Assembly (NCBI GenBank): GCA_040771865.1
Contig: JAXGZF010000005.1
Coordinates: 186,001-250,000 of the forward strand
DNA from: Desulfobacterales bacterium
GTDB lineage: Bacteria > Desulfobacterota > Desulfobacteria > Desulfobacterales > UBA2245
Direction of reading: 5' to 3'
DNA length: 64,000 nucleotides
A model generated the notes under the pieces. The model searched no databases and was not told the DNA's origin. It saw only the letters and a program-made list of their open reading frames with translations. Positions 60,807 through 64,000 of this stretch are shown here, in pieces. How positions within the stretch are numbered: position 1 is the first letter of the stretch; each line of letters begins with the position of its first letter. The position numbers and the translations under genes were made by a program.

Positions 60807-61595
60807 ATGCGCGCAGACGAGAATCTGACCATTACCTGGATTCAGTGCGAACTTTTCTGGGAAAACATTTTGGCCAATCTGAATCATTTTGAAAAATGGT
60901 TTGCCAAAATAGATCAACCTACGGATCTGATCGTGCTGCCCGAGATGTTCACTACCGGCTTTACCATGAATGCCGCATCCGTGGCCCAGGAAATGGATGG
61001 CGATGCGGTGGCGTGGATCAGAACCCAGGCCCGCAACCTGGGGGCCGACATTGCCGGCAGCATGGTGATTCGGGAAAAGGGCAGGTTTTACAACCGGCTG
61101 GTCTGGGCAGGCGCAAATGGCGCTCTTTATACCTACGACAAGCGGCATCTGTTTCGCATGGCCGGAGAAGAAAAGGTTTACAGCGCGGGCCGGAAGCGCC
61201 TGACCGTGGATCTTCGAGGCTGGAAGATCCGGCCGTTTATCTGTTATGACCTGCGGTTTCCCATGTGGATGAGAAACCTGGAAAATGCCTATGATGTGGC
61301 CATCTGCACGGCCAACTGGCCGGCCGGCCGTTCGGCCCACTGGAAGATTTTGCTGCAGGCAAGGGCGGTGGAAAATCAGTGCTATATGATCGGCGTCAAC
61401 CGGGTGGGAACCGACGGAAAAGGACTGCGCTACAGCGGCGATTCGGCCGTGATCGATCCAATGGGAAACGTTTTGTTTCAGCAGGCGGACGAGGCGTGTG
61501 TGCATACCCGGCAGCTGAGTTTTTCGGCTTTGCAGAAATGGCGGACAGAGTTTCCGGTGTGGATGGATGCGGAAAGCCTTCCATCGGAAATTTAA
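60807..61595 (+). CDS. Nitrilase-superfamily omega-amidase (YafV-like)
   Basis: LPEMFTTGF, YDKRHLF, ICYDLRFP, ARAVENQ. Confidence 0.9.
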   Translation: MRADENLTITWIQCELFWENILANLNHFEKWFAKIDQPTDLIVLPEMFTTGFTMNAASVAQEMDGDAVAWIRTQARNLGADIAGSMVIREKGRFYNRLVWAGANGALYTYDKRHLFRMAGEEKVYSAGRKRLTVDLRGWKIRPFICYDLRFPMWMRNLENAYDVAICTANWPAGRSAHWKILLQARAVENQCYMIGVNRVGTDGKGLRYSGDSAVIDPMGNVLFQQADEACVHTRQLSFSALQKWRTEFPVWMDAESLPSEI

Positions 61596-61602
61596 AAGCA
61601 CC

Positions 61603-62919
61603 TCAGGTTCCCGCGATGGTTCGGGCGATGTCGCGCATCGTTTTTAAGATGGCGTCCACGTCCAGGGTCAGCAGCCTGCGGTTTTCCATCACAATCCTGC
61701 CGTTGATCAGCACGGTTTGCACATCAGCCCCGTTGACGGCGTATACTATATGAGAGATTGGGTCGTACATGGGCGTCAGGTGTGGCTTTGCCGTGTCGAT
61801 GATGATCAGGTCGGCCAGTTTTCCGGGTTCAAGGGATCCGATCTTTTTGTCCAGTCCCAGGCAGCGGGCGCCGTCGATCGTAGCCATGCGAAGCGCGGCA
61901 GGGGCGCTCATCACCGTAGGATTCAGAGTCGCCACCTTGTGGAGCTTGGCCGCAGTGTCCATTTCCAGAAGCATGTCCAGGTTGTTGTTGCTGGCGCAGC
62001 CGTCGGTGCCAAGACCCACGCAGATCCCTTTTTGCATCAGCCCGAAGACCGGGGCAATGCCTGAGGCCAGCTTCATGTTGCTTTCCGGGTTATGGGAAAC
62101 CTTGACGTCATGGCGCCGGATCAGCTCCATGTCCGCATCAGAGAGCATCACGCAGTGACAGGCGACCAGGTTGGGAGAAAGCACGCCCAGATCGGCGAGA
62201 TGGGCCACAGGGCTTTTGCCGTAGCGCTGCTGGATGGTTTCAAGCTCGCTTTGCGTTTCAGACAGGTGGATCACCAGAGGCGCATGCCGTCGCAGGGATA
62301 GATCCGCGGCTTTTTGCAGAAGGGCCGGGGCGCAAAGATATGTGGAATGAGGCTCCACGGCAATGGTGATCAGCGGATCATTTTGATACGCATCCATCAG
62401 TGTCTCGGTGTACTCAAAGCCTTTTTCAAGCGGCCCGTAACTGGGTGAGGGAAAATCGTAGAGCACCTCGCCGACGACGGCGCGGATCTTTGCCTCTTTT
62501 GCCGCCAGAGCCACCTGCGCTTCGAACAGGTACATGTCGCAAAAACAGGTGGTCCCGGACAGTATCATTTCCGCGCAGGCCAGCAGCGTTCCGGCATAAA
62601 CCATTTCGGGAGTGAGTCTGGCTTCGGCCGGAAAAATGTGATCGTTCAGCCATCTCATCAGGGGCAGGTCGTCGGCAAGACCCCGGAAACAGGTCATGGC
62701 CGCATGGGTGTGGGTGTTGACCAGACCGGGCAGAATAATGCCGCCTTGAGCGTCTATGGTTTTCGAAGCCCGGCAGACGGCAAAATCCTTCATCGGCCCG
62801 ACGGCGACGATGCGATCGTCCTTGATGGCCACAGCCGCATTTGGAATGATATCGCCGGTCGCATTCATGGTCAGAACCGTTCCGTTTGAAACCAGAATAT
62901 CCACGACAGATTCAATCAT
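61603..62919 (-). CDS. mtaD: 5-methylthioadenosine/S-adenosylhomocysteine deaminase-like amidohydrolase
   Basis: PGLVNTHTHAAM..FRGLADD, HLSET, HNPESNMKLASG, GTDGCASNN. Confidence 0.85.
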   Translation of the reverse strand: MIESVVDILVSNGTVLTMNATGDIIPNAAVAIKDDRIVAVGPMKDFAVCRASKTIDAQGGIILPGLVNTHTHAAMTCFRGLADDLPLMRWLNDHIFPAEARLTPEMVYAGTLLACAEMILSGTTCFCDMYLFEAQVALAAKEAKIRAVVGEVLYDFPSPSYGPLEKGFEYTETLMDAYQNDPLITIAVEPHSTYLCAPALLQKAADLSLRRHAPLVIHLSETQSELETIQQRYGKSPVAHLADLGVLSPNLVACHCVMLSDADMELIRRHDVKVSHNPESNMKLASGIAPVFGLMQKGICVGLGTDGCASNNNLDMLLEMDTAAKLHKVATLNPTVMSAPAALRMATIDGARCLGLDKKIGSLEPGKLADLIIIDTAKPHLTPMYDPISHIVYAVNGADVQTVLINGRIVMENRRLLTLDVDAILKTMRDIARTIAGT

Positions 62920-63748
62920 GGAGCGCCTCCACAAAATTTCGAAGCAGAACGCCCAGTGTTTTTGAGGATTTTTCCGCTGTTGCGATGATTTCTTCCAGGG
63001 TGGCCGGCGCCGGATTCTCCGGATCATGCACGTTGGTGATAATGGAGACGCCCAGTATGCGCATGCCGGCATGTACCCCGACAATGACCTCCTGGACAGT
63101 CGAAAGCCCGACCGCATCAGCCCCAATGGCTCTCAGGAAGCGGATCTCGGCCGGGGTTTCCAGACTGGGGCCGAGCAGGGCCGCGTAAACGCCTTTTTGC
63201 AACGGGATTTGACAGTTTTGCCCGACCTGTTCCGCCAGTTTCAGCAGATCCGGGGAATAAGCGAATGCCATGTGAGGAAAACGAACCCCCCAGCTTTCTT
63301 CATTGGGGCCGACCAGGGGATTGAATCCGGTCATATTGAGATGATCTGCGATGAGCATGAGATCTCCGGGTTTGAATGCCGGGTTCAGTCCACCAGCCGC
63401 ATTGGTGACGATCAGCGTTTGAATTCCCATCTCCTGCATGACGCGAATCGGAAAACTGACCTGAAGCGGAGAGTATCCTTCATATAGATGGAAACGGCCC
63501 TGCATCACGGCTACGGGCTGATCCGCCAGGCAACCGAAGACCAGTCTGCCGGGGTGGCTTTGAACCGTTGATGCCGGGAAGTGGGGGATCTGCTCGTAGG
63601 CAAGGATTTCGGAAACCTGCAGATCGGAGGCGAATTCGCTGAGGCCGGTGCCGGCAAGTAATCCGATACGGGGTTGCATTCGGATCCGTTTTCTTAGAAA
63701 AGCCGTTGCTTCGCCGGCCTTGAATTTCTCTTTTCTCATATCCAGCAT
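62912..63748 (-). CDS. Purine nucleoside phosphorylase (trimeric type)
   Basis: GTGL, STVQSHPG, QGRFHLYEG, TNAAGG, GPSLETPAE, GADAVGLST. Confidence 0.92.
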   Translation of the reverse strand: MLDMRKEKFKAGEATAFLRKRIRMQPRIGLLAGTGLSEFASDLQVSEILAYEQIPHFPASTVQSHPGRLVFGCLADQPVAVMQGRFHLYEGYSPLQVSFPIRVMQEMGIQTLIVTNAAGGLNPAFKPGDLMLIADHLNMTGFNPLVGPNEESWGVRFPHMAFAYSPDLLKLAEQVGQNCQIPLQKGVYAALLGPSLETPAEIRFLRAIGADAVGLSTVQEVIVGVHAGMRILGVSIITNVHDPENPAPATLEEIIATAEKSSKTLGVLLRNFVEALHD

Positions 63749-64000
63749 GTTTTTACGCCTTGATTTCTATCGTCATGTCCGGGGCGATAAGATCGGTATT
63801 TATGAATCGGCTGCCTGAAGCCAGATGGCATCATAATTCAGGGAGTCTGATCCGTCAAGGCGCTATATGGATCGAAAAGCGGCAGCGCATCGTTGGGGCT
63901 GAAAAGTTGAAAGAAATTTTTAAGTTGTAATGATTTATCAAGAATTGAATAATGTTTTTTACTTGAATGTGAATCATATTTGGTATAAAGTTTCAATCAT

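Overview
This is a GC-rich bacterial window. The gene content (hgcAB, octaheme cytochrome, N-ATPase, TRAP, YeeE) is consistent with an anaerobic Desulfobacterota-like organism; that assignment is inference. 1-19.6 kb: hybrid PAS histidine kinase, dodecin, DUF523/1722, an octaheme HAO-family cytochrome, a 1442-aa double activase (PlsA/Ger-like), a complete N-type ATPase operon (atpDCQRBEFAG) and panE. 19.7-24.3 kb: an operon of cstA, two paralogous small proteins and two ArsA/Get3 ATPases with complementary motif defects, bracketed by a decayed duplicate of the atpG 3' end. 25-36.5 kb: a radical SAM + UbiA prenyltransferase pair, the mercury-methylation genes hgcAB, a VKOR-thioredoxin fusion, a rhodanese and a Q-rich lipoprotein. 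36.6-53.3 kb: a defence/accessory island with hicBA, a type I R-M system, a decayed minus-strand integron cassette array without integrase (three full attC-like sites plus remnants, one hit by a group IIC-attC intron), CBS-HEPN, an OLD-like nuclease, a Mrr-like nuclease and PIN modules. Its modules are separated by co-oriented copies of a repeat resembling the 3' tail of a Y1/RAYT transposase gene. 53-64 kb: TRAP transporter, P-type ATPase, YeeE pair, omega-amidase, mtaD and purine nucleoside phosphorylase. A 143-bp MITE occurs in three intact and several partial copies. I saw no rRNA, tRNA or CRISPR array. All product calls come from motif recognition by eye, not database searches.
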